NCBI GenBank assembly: GCA_002269645.1
Contig: NIVC01003082.1
Location: forward strand, 56,815-120,814
Length of the DNA stretch: 64,000 nt
Reading direction: 5' to 3'
Source: Macrostomum lignano
Taxonomy: Eukaryota
A model generated the notes under the pieces. The model did not search any database. It was not told the origin of the DNA and saw nothing but the letters and a program-made list of their open reading frames with translations. A program made the position numbers and the translations under genes. Below are positions 48,597 through 61,794 of this stretch, piece after piece (the stretch's first letter is position 1; every line of letters starts with the position of its first letter).

Positions 48597-51178
48597 TTAC
48601 CACTCGATTTGCCTGGTGGAAATGCGTAGACCAAGCCGAAAATGACATTTATGCCCCGTCCTCATAAATTTGGTGGCAATACTTATCCCATGGACCTTGT
48701 GAGGACAGAACAGAAAGACGAAGCGGTCCTCTAATTCTGAGAATTTCTATGGTCAGATGACCATTGATTTGGCACAAAGCCAGCGGAGGGGCATGAAATA
48801 AGCTGAAAAGCCCTCCTCGAGACTGTACGAGCTATGCATGTGGTAAGTCCTCACTTGGCGCTGCGTTAACTACAGATGTCCATTCCTGACCCGAGTGCAC
48901 AGCCAGAAATTGAAATATATGATTCCGAATTGAAAGGGCTAATCTAAAATGCATTTGAACCTTCTTCGTGTCATGTTGGATGATGGGGTGAAAAACTATT
49001 CAAGCCTTATTGTGGGGACCCTAAAACTGACTTTAAAAATATTATACCTGTCACCGCCATTGGTAAAGTATTTTTGTGTTCAAATGTTACTACTCGTGCT
49101 AGAACATTAGTACTTGTAGAACGGGACACGTCTTTTCTTGGGAAAAAACTTTTTCTTGCCGTGATGGACTCGTAGAAATCCGAAGTGCCGGCGTCAGCTC
49201 TTGAGACGCCAAGTGTGCACATATTCTCGCCGGTAGGCTTTCCGCAGAATCAGCGATGCAGATGGTGTGGCCAGCTAGCTGCTGGAGTCATCGACGGTGC
49301 AACAGGTCCTTTGGATGGACGGACCAAGCCGGAGCGGCGATACAGTGCCGTCTGCCTTGGCAACTCGCTCGTCGCCGACTTTAAAGACCAAATGCATTGG
49401 TAACCTGCTGTTCGAGCGACTCCCTCAGCCTCCAAGTCTGCTTTTTAAAACAGGACGACGGGCTCGACCACCACCAGGAACCATGCATCCACTGAGACTG
49501 AAGGACTGATTTTATAGAATGATCGGCTCGATTAGTTATTTTATCAAAAATAACAATGGTGTAGTTAGAGGACGATAAAATACTCATTTTTTTCTAACCA
49601 AAACTTCTTTTAGAAAAAAGAAAAATTGAATAAGTTTTTTTTATAAGCACTGCATGTACCTCTTCTCCTTCTGCCTTTAGTGCGAGCGTAGTACAGACGT
49701 ATTCTTTGCAGCAACAGATTGCAGATTAAATTTGACTATCATCTCGTCGACTCTCTCGGCCTAAGAAACTCGATTGTAAATATTTCAGGTCTACAAGATA
49801 GAACAATTCTGCTGATTTTTTTCAATGAAAAGAAGTTCTGCGCTGTGATGTTAAAATTTCGTGACGTTCCATGGCCAAGCATCTTATAACTTCTTGTTGG
49901 CTTTTGCACAGACGCGTTTTGGAAGCTCTTTGATGAATGAAAAGACAAAAGCTGCACGTAATTGCTGTTGAATATTTGAGAATCCGAAGATAAATTTGAA
50001 CTGCGACTCAAAGTCCTACACGAGTACGAGGGGAACTTCACTTTTCGCTTCCTTCACATTTCAACCGACAGCCCGCTTTAGACACCTGCCGTGGCTAGTT
50101 CTTAGTGTTATGGTCAATATTTTGAGCTCAGCTAATAATAAGAGACATAACACTTTTGAAAGCAGTATCTACAACCTATTCCAGCTAGTATAGAAACGTT
50201 ATTACTGTAAAGAAAGTTTTTATAAGTAAACTTTCTTTATTTATAAAGAAATTGCTTTATAAATGACACAGAGGATTAATTAATTAAAAACTATTAAGTC
50301 CACAGGCGTATCAAGTTAAGTCGAAGTGCTTGCGTTGATAGCGGCTAAAAGGCGTGCACTTTTCAGCTATTTTATTTAACTGTCACAATTATTACGTCAC
50401 AATCATTCTACACTAGAAGATTAAATAAAATACAGCCTTTTAGAATCGGAATGAGTTTTTTCTTAACACTCGGAAAGTTGCTATCGCGAGTCACACCAGG
50501 TGACTGAAATGACTTACAACTTTGGTGTAAAATTTAATACGAGCAGAGGTACACGTCACATTTACAACAGTCAAGTACTACATGTAGTTCGAAGATACCC
50601 GGTATTAAAAGTAAAAATAAATAAATATTTATATTTCTTTCTAAAATAACACATTTTTTGCTACAACTAAATAATAAATATACGAGTATCTTGCCGTGTG
50701 CATCGGTTGATTACAAAATTATTCTACTGATTCAAACAAATCGTTACTTTAAACAAAATTGCGAAGGAATATAGAATATCATATTTGGTATAAGTTACGA
50801 TATGAGGAGTATCGAACAAAGGAAATATCGGAAATCGTAGCTCTGAGTGGATAAAACTTTTCACTTAACAAAGATCAATTTGAGTCTTATATTTCATTAT
50901 GCATAAAATCAGTTAGATTAAATTAATTATACAAATCTAAAAATAATTATCCCACAGTATAAAATAAAAATTTTCGCCCTCAAACTAATGGAACAACTTT
51001 GAACGAACTGCATATTGTCAAGGAAATTTGTCACGTAGCAATTTACAGACTACGTTTCTCGTAGAGAGCCCCAAAAGCATGTACATGAACACTCATCGCC
51101 ATTAGTACATGCAGAAAATTTACGATATCTGTTAAGTGCTAATATTTAATCAGTTATCATACTACGGGAATCAGGGGG

Positions 51179-54100
51179 TTATTTAGCTCCTGAAGTCGCA
51201 GCCGCGGTTGCTGGAAACAACTCGATGGTCAGCCGATTGTCTTCGTCGCCCTCGTCTAGACCGCGGTGCACGGGGAACGTCAGCTTTTTATTATCGTCGC
51301 CTGAAACAAGTCCAACTGTCAGACGCTCAACAAAGACTCCATTGCCAGGCCCGGTGGCGTCGCAGCGAAGGCTCACTCGGCCAACGCTTGGCAGCAGGCG
51401 AAGCGACCGGAATCGACGAACAACCTCCTGGCCCGTGGCGAGACCTCTTGCCAGCAGCCGCTCACCAGTTGAGCCGCCGTAACCGGGGCCGTTCGAAGTA
51501 TTCTCTTCCCCAGCTACAGTGCCGTGCAAATTTACGAAGACGCCGCCGGCTGTGCCGGAATTGGCGCCGGCGCCAACTTTCAGCGCCACTTCGTATTCGA
51601 CAGTGTCGAGTAGGCGAGAGCCCGGCCAGTCGGCTTGAACTTCGATGCAGTCGCCGGGCGTTAGCGACTGCTGATGCTGCTGAGCTGAAGCGAACGTGTC
51701 CATAGTTTCCCGGTCTTGAAGTCGGATCTGTCAAATATCAAGGAAGTTGATTGGTTGTTTAGTGCCGCTGACAATTTTGGCTGATTTGGCTGGCTGTTAG
51801 GCACAATTTTAAAATCATTAGCTACCCTCTAGAATCCTTCACCAGAACTTACCCTGTCGATTTTCCAAACGCCTCCACCGCTCGTCTCGGTCGCTTCTTC
51901 CAGTCCCAGGCGAACCTTGAACACTTCGTGGACCGTGACGGGATCAAAACTAACAAGGAATTCTTCTCGACCATTACCAGACAGTCCAGTCAACGGCAGC
52001 CGGCCGCTCGACACGTCGCCGCTGCTGACAAACTCGATCCAGCCTGGAGGCAGCTTTGCACCGGCATCGTCCGCGGCTGCTGACGACCAAGTTTCCAGGC
52101 GCCATTGACCGAATGTGACGGCGCTCCGTTCGGACGATTCTGCAACAGGTTGAAACTTCTCTACGGCCGTCTCCGTCGGACTCGATGCTGTCAGGCGCAG
52201 CTGCTCTATCAGCTCGGCCGACGACAATGGCGACGACTGACCCTCAGGAGTCGGTCGGAATTTCACGCACCAGCGACTGTAGCGACTCTCCACAAGACTG
52301 ACTGCAGCAACGCGAATCGACCGGTCGAATGGCGGCTGCAGGATCAACGTCAGCGAACCGATGTCGTCATCACTATCCGCATCGACTCGCCTTTTGAAGG
52401 TGAACAGACAACGTCGAGTGGTTTGCTGTTGTTGGTCCGCTGTGTGCTCAGCTGACGATTCTGCAGCCAGCGGCGTCAGCAGCATCGGCGGATTTGACTC
52501 GTCTGCCTCATCGTGATCCGATGATTCATCGGCGGGTTCGTCTTCTTCGCCATCCTTTGTCGCTTTGCCAATCTCTGTTACGAAGGCGCGACCATCGGCG
52601 CCGACTTTTGGGTGCAGTCGAACCTGAAGTCGACCAGCAGAAGCGGCTGACATCAGGGCGGCGGAGGCGGCTTCCGAGTCTTCGGCGGTCGTGTCTGAGT
52701 GGCGAAAAAGAAGTGGAAAGGAAATTTTGTTGGATCTCTGGAAAATCTTTTCTGAAGGAGATTCAACTTGATAATAAATTCCAGAGCTCTTATTATTTTT
52801 ACCTGTTTGAATCTCGAGCAGCCAATCAGATTCGGAGCAAGCTGCCGCATCGTCAGACGGCTGACTGAGGGTTGCCTGGGTGAACCCGTCGCCCCAGCCG
52901 GCGTCCAGCCACCGTCTCGCCGGGAAGTACACTGTGACGACTGTCGGATCCGAGTAGGACACAGTCGCGTGATCGATGTAGACACCCTGGCCCCGGCCGG
53001 GACAGTCGTGTCCGATAGTCAATCCGGACAGCTGGCCAACGGAGAGGCAGTTCAGCCGAGCGTGAATGGTCTGGCCGGGCGTCAGCGGCTGGTGACTCGG
53101 CGGCAGTGGCATCGAGCCGGATTCGCCCAAATCGCCGTGCAAAGTCAGGGCGAGCGAGTTGGCGGTTAAATCGCCCGAGCCGGCCGAGTTTCTCGCTTTG
53201 CCTAGGCGGAGGCTGACCTGGTAGGCCAGGGTTCGAGGCTGCGGCACGCCCGGCCGATTGGCGGCCAGTTCTACGGATTCGCCGCTGGCGAGAACTCGAT
53301 TCACGGGCAGAAAGAACTCGGCGCTTGAGCCTGCAATAAATCGTTCGTTTGCGGAATGCTTAGGATTGAATGAAACAGGTATAGGGTCCCACTCCACTGA
53401 TTTAAACTGTCGCTCGTTGGATTCCACTCTTTTAGATTACCCTCTTTGGGATTCTTCAATCTGGGATTCCTCTATCTAGGATAATCCTCTTTGGGATTCC
53501 TCTATCTGGGATTACCCTCTTTGGGATTCCCCTCTTCGGGATTTCTTCTTTGGGATTCCCCTCTTTGGGATTCCTCAATCTAGGATTCCCCACTTTGGGA
53601 TTCCTCAATCTAGGATTCCCCACTTTGGGATTCCTCAATCTGGGATTCCCTCTTTGGGATTCCTCAATCTGGCATTCCCCTCTTTGGGATTCCTCAATCT
53701 GGAATTCCCTCATTGGGATTCCTCAATCTGGCATTCCCCTCTTTGGGATTCCTCAATCTGGGATTCCTCTATCTAGAATTCCTCAATCTGGAATTCCTCA
53801 ATCTGGAATTCCCTCATTGGGATTCCTCAATCTGGGATTAGTTTATCTGGAATTCCCCTCCTCGGGATTCCTTTATCTAGGATTTTCCTATTTAGGATTC
53901 CCCTTTGGGATTTCCTCTTTGACAATTCCGTCTAGGATTCCCTTTTTAGGATTGTCTTTTTTAGGATTCCACACTGTAAGATTGCTCTATTCTGGATTTT
54001 TCGCTATGAATTTGCTGTCAGATCAAACTGTAGAGAAAATCCTCAGCCTCACCTGCATCGGACAGCCGAAGTTTGGTCACCTCCAGACGAGCCTCCGAAC

Positions 54101-57100
54101 TTCCACTCAGGTCTAGGCGGAGTCGCGTCAGTTCGCCAATCTCGCCAAAGTCCAGCAGGAATCGGTGGACAGAATAGCTGGCTAGGCCTCGCTCAGCGGC
54201 CGGGAGCAGCTCCTGCGGATGCGTGCCGGTCTGCACGGTGGTCCCGCTAGCCGACAATCGCAGCCGGCAGTCTTTCGACTGGCCCGACCAGCCAACGCTA
54301 CCAACGTGGAGAACGACGTTGAACCTGCCGGTGGTGCGAGGGAACTCGGCAAGGCCGGCGAGGTCGCCAGTCGCTGGCACCCGTTGAGCATCCCGCAGCT
54401 GCAGGCTGGCCGAATTCGGTGTCAGCTTGGCGACGCCGCCGCCGACTTCGAATCGGAATTCGTACGGATTGAACTGGCCTTCGCGAAGGAGAACCGCGTC
54501 GATTGGCCAGGAGACGGCGTCGGGCACTTCGGCGGCGTCGTCGGCAGTGGCATTGGACGAGTCGCTGACGTCCAGCGCGATGGTCAAGCGAAGCGGTGGG
54601 CCGACGTACACCGCGGTCACCAGGAAGGTGTCCATGCCGCCGGGTCGGTGACCGAAATCGTCACGTAGGAGGGCCCGGGGACCGAGTGGGCGAGGACCGG
54701 TGTTGCCGTGACGGCCCTGACAGGTGGACAGGTGTGAGGCTTCATTGTCTAACAGTTATGAGACTTCAGTGTTTAACAGGTGTGGGACTTCAGTGTCTAA
54801 AAGGTGTGAGACTTCAGTTTCTAACAGGTGTGAGACTTCAGTGTCTAACAGGTGTGAGACTTCAGTGTCTAACAGGTGTGAGACTTCAGTGTCTAACAGG
54901 TGTGAGACTTCAGTGTCTAACAGGTGTGAGACTTCAGTGTTTAACAGGTGTGAGGCTTCAGTGTTTAACAGGTGTGAGACTTCAGTGTCTAACAGGTGTG
55001 AGACTTCAGTGTCTAACAGGTGTGAGACTTCAGTGTCTAACAGGTGTGAGACTTCAGTGTCTAACAGGTGTGAGACTTCAGTGTCTAACAGTTGTGAAGC
55101 TTCAGTGTTTAACAGGTGTGAGACTTCAGTGTCTAACAGGTGTGAGGCTTCAGTGTCTAACAGGTGTGAGACTTCAGTGTCTAACAGGTGTGAGACTTCA
55201 GTGTCTAACAGGTGTGAGACTTCAGTGTCTAACAGGTGTGAGACTTCAGTGTCTAACAGGTGTGAGACTTCAGTGTCTAACAGGTGTGAGACTTCAGTGT
55301 CTAACAGGTGTGAGACTTCAGTGTCTAACAGTTGTGAAGCTTCAGTGTTTAACAGGTGTGAGACTTCAGTGTTTAACAGGTGTGAGACTTCAGTGTCTAA
55401 CAGGTGTGAGACTTCAGTGTTTAACAGGTGTGAGGCTTCAGTGTTTAACAGGTGTGAGGCTTCAGTGTCTAGCAGGTGTGAGACTTCAGTGTCTAACAGG
55501 TGTGAGACTTCAGTGTCTAACAGTTGTGAAGCTTCAGTGACTAACAGGTGTGAGACTTCAGTGTCTAACAGGTGTGAGACTTCAGTGTCTAACAGGTGTG
55601 AGACTTCAGTGTCTAACAGGTGTGAAGCTTCAGTGTTTAACAGTTGTGAGGCTTCAGTGTCTAACAGGTGTGAGACTTCAGTGTCTAACAGGTGTGAGAC
55701 TTCAGTGTCTAACAGGTGTGAAGCTTCAGTGTTTAACAGTTGTGGGACTTCAGTGTCTAACAGGTGTGAGACTTCAGTGTCTAACAGGTGTGAGACTTCA
55801 GTGTCTGACAGGTGTGAGACTTCAGTGTCTAACAGGTGTGAGACTTCAGTGTCTAACAGTTGTGAAGCTTCAGTGACTAACAGGTGTGAGACTTCAGTGT
55901 CTAACAGGTGTGAGACTTCAGTGTCTAACAGGTGTGAGGCTTCAGTGTCTAACAGGTGTGAGGCCTCTGTGTCTAACAGGTGTGAGGCTTCAGTGTCTAA
56001 CAGGTGTGAGGCTTCAGTGTCTAACAGGTGTGAGGCCTCTGTGTCTAAAATTTCTAATCATTCACCAACTCCCACCTGTATTTCCACGGTGAAAATTTTA
56101 GGCGGTCGAGGCTCCGAGCCGCCCGCCTTTGCTGCCGTTCTCACTCCGATTACGTAATCAACCACCCGGAGGCCGCGATCCAACGGCACGTCGTGACAGA
56201 CCGCGCCAGCCTCGGACGCGGCGCCGAACTCCAAGGCTGTCCAGCGTCGAATAGCTGGATTGTTGGTGCTGATAGCGCTAGCCAGCCAGTTCCCAGCCTC
56301 CCGGATGCAGACTCCACTGAGGGTGGCGTCCAGCGACGCTGAGCGTCCAAGTTCGATACGGAGCTGTTGGACCCGGCCGGTGGTGCCCTGCCCGAAATCG
56401 GTGGCGAACTCGGCCAGACGGCCTGGCGGCAGGTCCACGCCCGGCTGGGTGAGCGGGCCGGATTGGCCCTTGGCGCCGATGGCTGTGACCTGAGCATGCG
56501 TGCATAGGCATTTTCCAGGTGAATATCGGGTAATACCAAGTATGCAACATGGCAGGATATCCGTAAATTTACGGGTGGTAAATAGCTCGATATATCTGTT
56601 GAGTTACCAGATTGAGATACTAGGTTGAGATACCAGATTGAGATACCAGATTAAGACACCAGGTTGAGATACCAGATTAAGATACCAGGTTGAGATACCA
56701 AATTAAGACACCAGGTTGAGATACCAGATTAAGATACCACTAGGTTAAGATACCGGGTTGAGATCAGATCGAGATACCATGCAGATTGAGATACCAGATT
56801 GAGGCACCAGATCAAGATACCAGATTGCGATACGAGATTGAGATACGACATTGACACCAGGTTGAGATACCAGGCTAAGACACCAGGTTGAGAGACCGGG
56901 TTAAGATACCAGGTTGAGATACCAGATTGTGATACTTGAATATACATTGCCATAGAACACCTATGTAAACGACCTAACCACCCCTAGTAAAATCCAAGGT
57001 GGAATACACCTGGCTGGGTGAGATACCAGGCAAAATAGCACTCATACCGGGTTACAAAGTTGGGACACACCTGCCAAGATACTGGGTGTAGCCAACCATA

Positions 57101-60100
57101 TATAATGACTCTGGGTGGGAGACAGACAGACAGAAAATTAAACACGATTGACCGCCCCCATGCTCACATGCACCGGCCCCTTGTAGTGCTCCGAGTCAGC
57201 AGCGATGCACAGAGTCAGCACCACCTGGCCACCAAAGAAATTGAACTCCGCTTCGCTCACGTGTACCGATTCGTGCGCGGTCAGCTCGCGCTCTACTGAC
57301 ACCTGATCGAATGCCGATTCGAACCAACGACCGCACGGAAATATCATCTTGGTCTCGGCTGAAGCTTCTCGCACTGAGATCTGCATGATTTTGTCAGTTG
57401 AAAGGATCCCAGTTACTGTAGGACATGTATGGACACGTACTCAGACAGAGACACAAACTTATTCAGAATGGGTATATTACGAGCTATCTGCCGTGACTTT
57501 CTCATTCTCTGCTCATGAGCTCACGAGAGCTCTGCCTATTTGCCAGAAGGTTCCTTAACTTGATAAACGTAGCACTGTCAGGTAGTTTATGAAGCTATGA
57601 TGATATTTACGGCATCACCTCGTTTGCAAGTGGGCTGTGAGCACTGTTGGAAAATCAAAGCCATACAATCGACTACCAGATAAAATGGACTCTGTCTGAC
57701 AGTTGTACAAACTCTGCCTTATTTATAGGGGTTGGCTGTTATGTCTCTGTGTGCGTGAGATATTGACGTTTTCAGGCTCGAGAATCTCTGCCAGCTCGTC
57801 CGCTGCCTACTGGGCGAGCGCCAACCACCTCCCTGGACTTAGCGGAGGGGATCGGAATAGGCGCCAACGCCTCCCCAGGGAACTCCCTGCAGCTACGTCA
57901 AATGCGTCAATCCTTCTACACGTACTTTAGTTGCTATGGCATGGATTCAAAACGCAAGGGGATATTACAGTTCAGTACTGATGCAGCTCAGCCTCACGCT
58001 AGCAAGACTCCAGCCTTACCCAGTCAAAGCAGCAGCCAACCCCGGCTCTTCCAGGCTTGTCGTGCCCCACGAACACGGTGCTCAGGCTGCCTAGGTCCAC
58101 CGCCTCGATAAGGAAGCGACGCAGGTCGGCCTCACTGAACCAGAGCGATCTGTCCCGGTCATGCAGCAGAAACCGACGGCCCGTGTTGCCGCCACTGCCA
58201 CTGATGTCGACGAAGAACTCAGTGTCTGTGGCGGCTCCAAACCTCTGCGCAACTTGCATGGCAACCTCGTACTGCTTGATAGTTCTGTCTGCTTCTAGGG
58301 ACACCTCTTTGGCTAGGACAGCGTCCGACGTGCGTCCCAGCTTCACGCCCAGCTCGACATCGTGCTGCTGTTTCTCAGCTTCATCGCCAGCCTCTTCAAG
58401 AATCTGACGACAGATTCGAATTCCACTAACGCAGAAATTATCCCAGGTGTCCTGATGATGCACCGACAGACGCAGTTTCCACAGGCGGCCCAGCGGTTCC
58501 GTGACCAAACGGAACTCGCACTCGGATCCTGGCGTGAGCTCCTGCTGAGCCTGCTGCCGGTTCTTGCCGTCATCATTCCCGAGGACTCAGCGTTCAGGCA
58601 CACGTCTCTGCTATGACCGGAGTCGCCGTACAGTGCCAGGAACACCCTGCCGGTCTGCTTGGGCCCGGAGTCCAGCGCAATTCGCAGGGTGACGATCCAG
58701 TCCCACTGGGACGGCTGCTTGCCGGATGCCTGCCGCTCGTCGAGCTGTCGAGCCTCGGCCTCTTGCTGCTGCTGCTGCTGATTCAGCAACTCTGGCGTCG
58801 CAGCCGCTGTCGATTGAGCTCCATCGGGCAGCAGCTCGACCGATGCCACATCAGGGCCCAACTCGGCGCTGCTGTTGTTGAACACTTGGACGCCGAGATC
58901 CGGTCGTTGCGGTACACTGATCCTTACGCTGTCAAACAGCCAGGCATCGTCTGGCTGGGGATTTTCCAGGCCGACCTGAACTGCAACCAGGCGATCCAGA
59001 TCCACACAGTCTATGCGGAAGGAGTCCACGGCGTCTGGAGATAGAGGCGACGGTGTCTGCTCGACATCAGCATGGCCCTTAGCGTCTTTAGGTGGACGGT
59101 GCAGCCGCCTGTAGCCGGAGTCTCCACGAGTGCCGAGAAGTTGCACGTATGGTCTCGAACCGCCGGACGGCACCGTGTGAGCGTTCTCAATCTCAACAGT
59201 GTAGCTCAGAACTGGAGGGTAAAGTTGAGACGCATGCTAGTCAAAATGTTTGACGCTTCCTTCACTTTGAGATTGTCCTTTTCAGGATTTTCTAACTTGC
59301 GATATGTTAAAATTTGCTAAAATCTAAGCTTTGCTCACCAGACAATTTCTCTGACAGAGGCAGCTCGTGAGCCACCTCGTGCAGGGGGCCGCGCCGACGG
59401 CCGAACCACTGATCAACGGGGCAGGTGAACTTCTCGTGCGGGGCCGTTCGATGCTCCAAAATCACCTGGCAAAATGAAGAATAAATAAACAATGACTGTT
59501 GTCTCACCGGAGACTTTCAGGTATGACTGTTGTCTCATCTGAGACTTTGAGAAAGTACTCTCGGACCACCCAAGATTTTAGGGATGTTTTACTAGAGGCT
59601 GGAGGACTGTGTGCACCCTGGCGCACTTTAAGCGACATTGTCCCAACCGGTGAGAGGCATTGCTGCCCATTCCGCCGACTCCCCTGAGCAGGCACACACA
59701 CAGAAGTGTACAGCGGCCCTAACCTTATTTATGTACATTATGTACATTATGTACATTATGTACATTAGGCATGTACACTTCACTGTGTCTTAGGGGTTGG
59801 CCTTCAAGGCCGTTAATTGCATGAGCAGAGCCAAGCAGAAATTCCAGTTTAGCCCCAAATTAATGTGACTGCACTTGGAATCGAGCCTGGGCCGCTGGCA
59901 CATCAGAACGCTGCGCCAGACCAGTGGGCTACGGCCCACTTTGTCTTTAGGGATAATTATATCAGCAGAGCTTTGTACCTGTTTAACAAACCACTCATGC
60001 TCGTCGCGATCATCGGAAGTGCTCAGCCGCAGTTTGTACAGTTCACCGAGTTCGGCAGCCTTCAGCTTCAAAGGCAGATCAGCGTCGCATTGGGGATGCA

Positions 60101-60235
60101 GCTGCAATTTCTCAGTTTGCGATTTGATGCGTAAATTTTCGGACTTGCCGGTGGCGCCGTACACCTGGACGAAGATTTCGCTGTCGGCTGAGCAGCCGGT
60201 CTCGCCTGTGCTCACTCGCAGCTGCCAGTCGTACT
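51179..60235 (-). CDS. Multi-PLAT (LH2) domain protein, LOXHD1-like, about 10-11 divergent PLAT repeats; 5' end not located; one apparent 1-bp frameshift
   Basis: Exons 60235-59979, 59465-59339, 59211-58020, 57380-57168, 56489-56076, 54716-54053, 53330-52803, 52694-51853, 51727-51179. Repeated PLAT motifs (Y.V...G...AGT...VF+.L.G..G.SG; LG.L.KLR+; FPC.RW/FPARRWLD). Exon 59211-58020 is one base short of phase. Confidence 0.78.
53430..54000. repeat. Degenerate minisatellite, about 30-bp unit built on ttgggattcctcaatct (PLAT gene intron)
   Basis: Visible; rich in ggattcc/ggaattcc. Confidence 0.85.
54719..56047. repeat. Minisatellite, 24-bp unit aacaggtgtgagacttcagtgtct (PLAT gene intron)
   Basis: About 55 copies, abutting the splice acceptor. 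Confidence 0.95.
56605..56935. repeat. Minisatellite, 13-bp unit gagatacca(g/gg)(a)tt (PLAT gene intron)
   Basis: Visible tandem variants. Confidence 0.85.
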
Positions 60236-60354
60236 CTGAAGATCGTGTTGAGGATAGGTAAATTGAGAGACTACAGGTGATCTTTGATAGGTAGAGCCGC
60301 AGGTTCGAAGTGGTGAATGCAAATTTTGGCGAGGGTAACTTTGAGATTATGATT

Positions 60355-60652
60355 CTGATAGGTAAATTCCGAGAGGTATAATAGATTCCTAGAGGTAGAT
60401 TTCGAAAGGTAGATTCCGAGAGGTAGATTCCGAGAGGTAGATTCCGAGAGGTAGATTCCGAGAGGTAGATTCCGAGAGGTAGATTCCGAGAGGTAGATTC
60501 CGAGAGGTAGATTCCGAGAGGTAGATTCCGAGAGGTAGATTCCGAGAGGTAGATTCCGCGAGAGGTAGATTTCGAGAGGTAGATTTCGAGAGGTAGATTC
60601 CGAGAGGTAGATTCCGAGAGGTAGATTCCGAGAGGTAGATTCCGAGAGGTAG
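60355..60652. repeat. Minisatellite, 14-bp unit gagaggtagattcc
   Basis: About 20 copies upstream of the first located PLAT exon. Confidence 0.93.
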
Positions 60653-61794
60653 AGTCGAAGTTTTTGGACGATATAGCGGGAATCAAGAACTCAGCTTCAC
60701 AACTTCGTAATAAACTGACGACAAAGCAAGAAGAACCAGAGAAATGAAATACAAAAGTGTTAGCAAAAGCTCAAGCATAGACTTTGCGAGATTTTACATG
60801 CTTACGAGGCACTGACGTAATAGTTTTTTGTCATCAAGAAATCTAACTTCGGTATAAAACACACTCTTCATCCCAAATAATCTGTGTGACGTTGCTAGTT
60901 TAAGTGGTCCCGCAAAAGGGCCGTTGGACTATAGTTTCCCTTGCAATTTCTCATTTTAATTTCTCCAATAGTTTATTTTAACGTTTACTTGTAGTAGCGT
61001 GCAAATAATCTGTATCAACTGCTAATTCACTGTGTATTTGGTAGGCCTTGCGTTCGTCTGTAAATTTTAGCACGATCGATAATTTTAAATTCTCTCGCCA
61101 GCCAATGAAAGCTCTCCGTGTTTTATGCTACCCCCCTTTTGCGCTCTTTATTAACCGCCGCCTGGCGGCGGGCTCCTCTCTTGCCAACTTGTTGCCGCGA
61201 TATTGCCAGTGCTACCGCTACAAACCGCCGTGTTGTCTCAACTAGTATTTCTTCGTCACGACAAAACACGTGACAATCTGCAACCCAGCTGATAGTGCAT
61301 GTTTTAGAAAATAAATTATTTGCTACATCTTTTGATAAAAATTAATGTTTCCTAGCTTTGTTTTGGATAGTAAAGCGATGTTAAAAGCTAATTTTTATAG
61401 CCAAAACATGCTAATTTCTTTGACCATTCAATTTATTTTGTCACCGCAAAAACCACGTCGATTACTATACGATAAGTCGTCATAAATCGTTTATTGAATA
61501 ATTTTGCACTTTGTCGAATTATCAATTAGATGAGCATAAAATTGCAATGACTTGCAGATTGAATTTTAATTGTACTTTATAGGGCTGGGTAAAATCAGGA
61601 ATTAATCATTAAGTACGCTCGTAAAACGTTTAATTCTTAAGAACTTTCTAAGATTTTGTCATCGCAAAAAAATGAATTTTTAATTCTAAATTTAAAACTT
61701 TGCGCTTTTTAACTGTGTCCCTCCCTAAAACTGACTTGGAAACTGAAAAAACTACATTTAGCTAGATTTTAATGCTGAAAAATAAATGTTAGAA

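Noticed and set aside
48700-49510. Possible small + strand gene (acceptor near 49247, ORF 49185-49403, donor near 48842)
   Set aside because: No recognisable domain and no consistent exon chain could be built.
53331-53427. N-terminal extension MESNERQFK... of ORF 51829-53427
   Set aside because: Intronic; the phase-compatible acceptor is at 53331 (ttgcag|gctca).
61110-61260. Candidate first exon of the multi-PLAT gene
   Set aside because: The donor is phase 0 but the next located exon needs phase 1; no start codon support.
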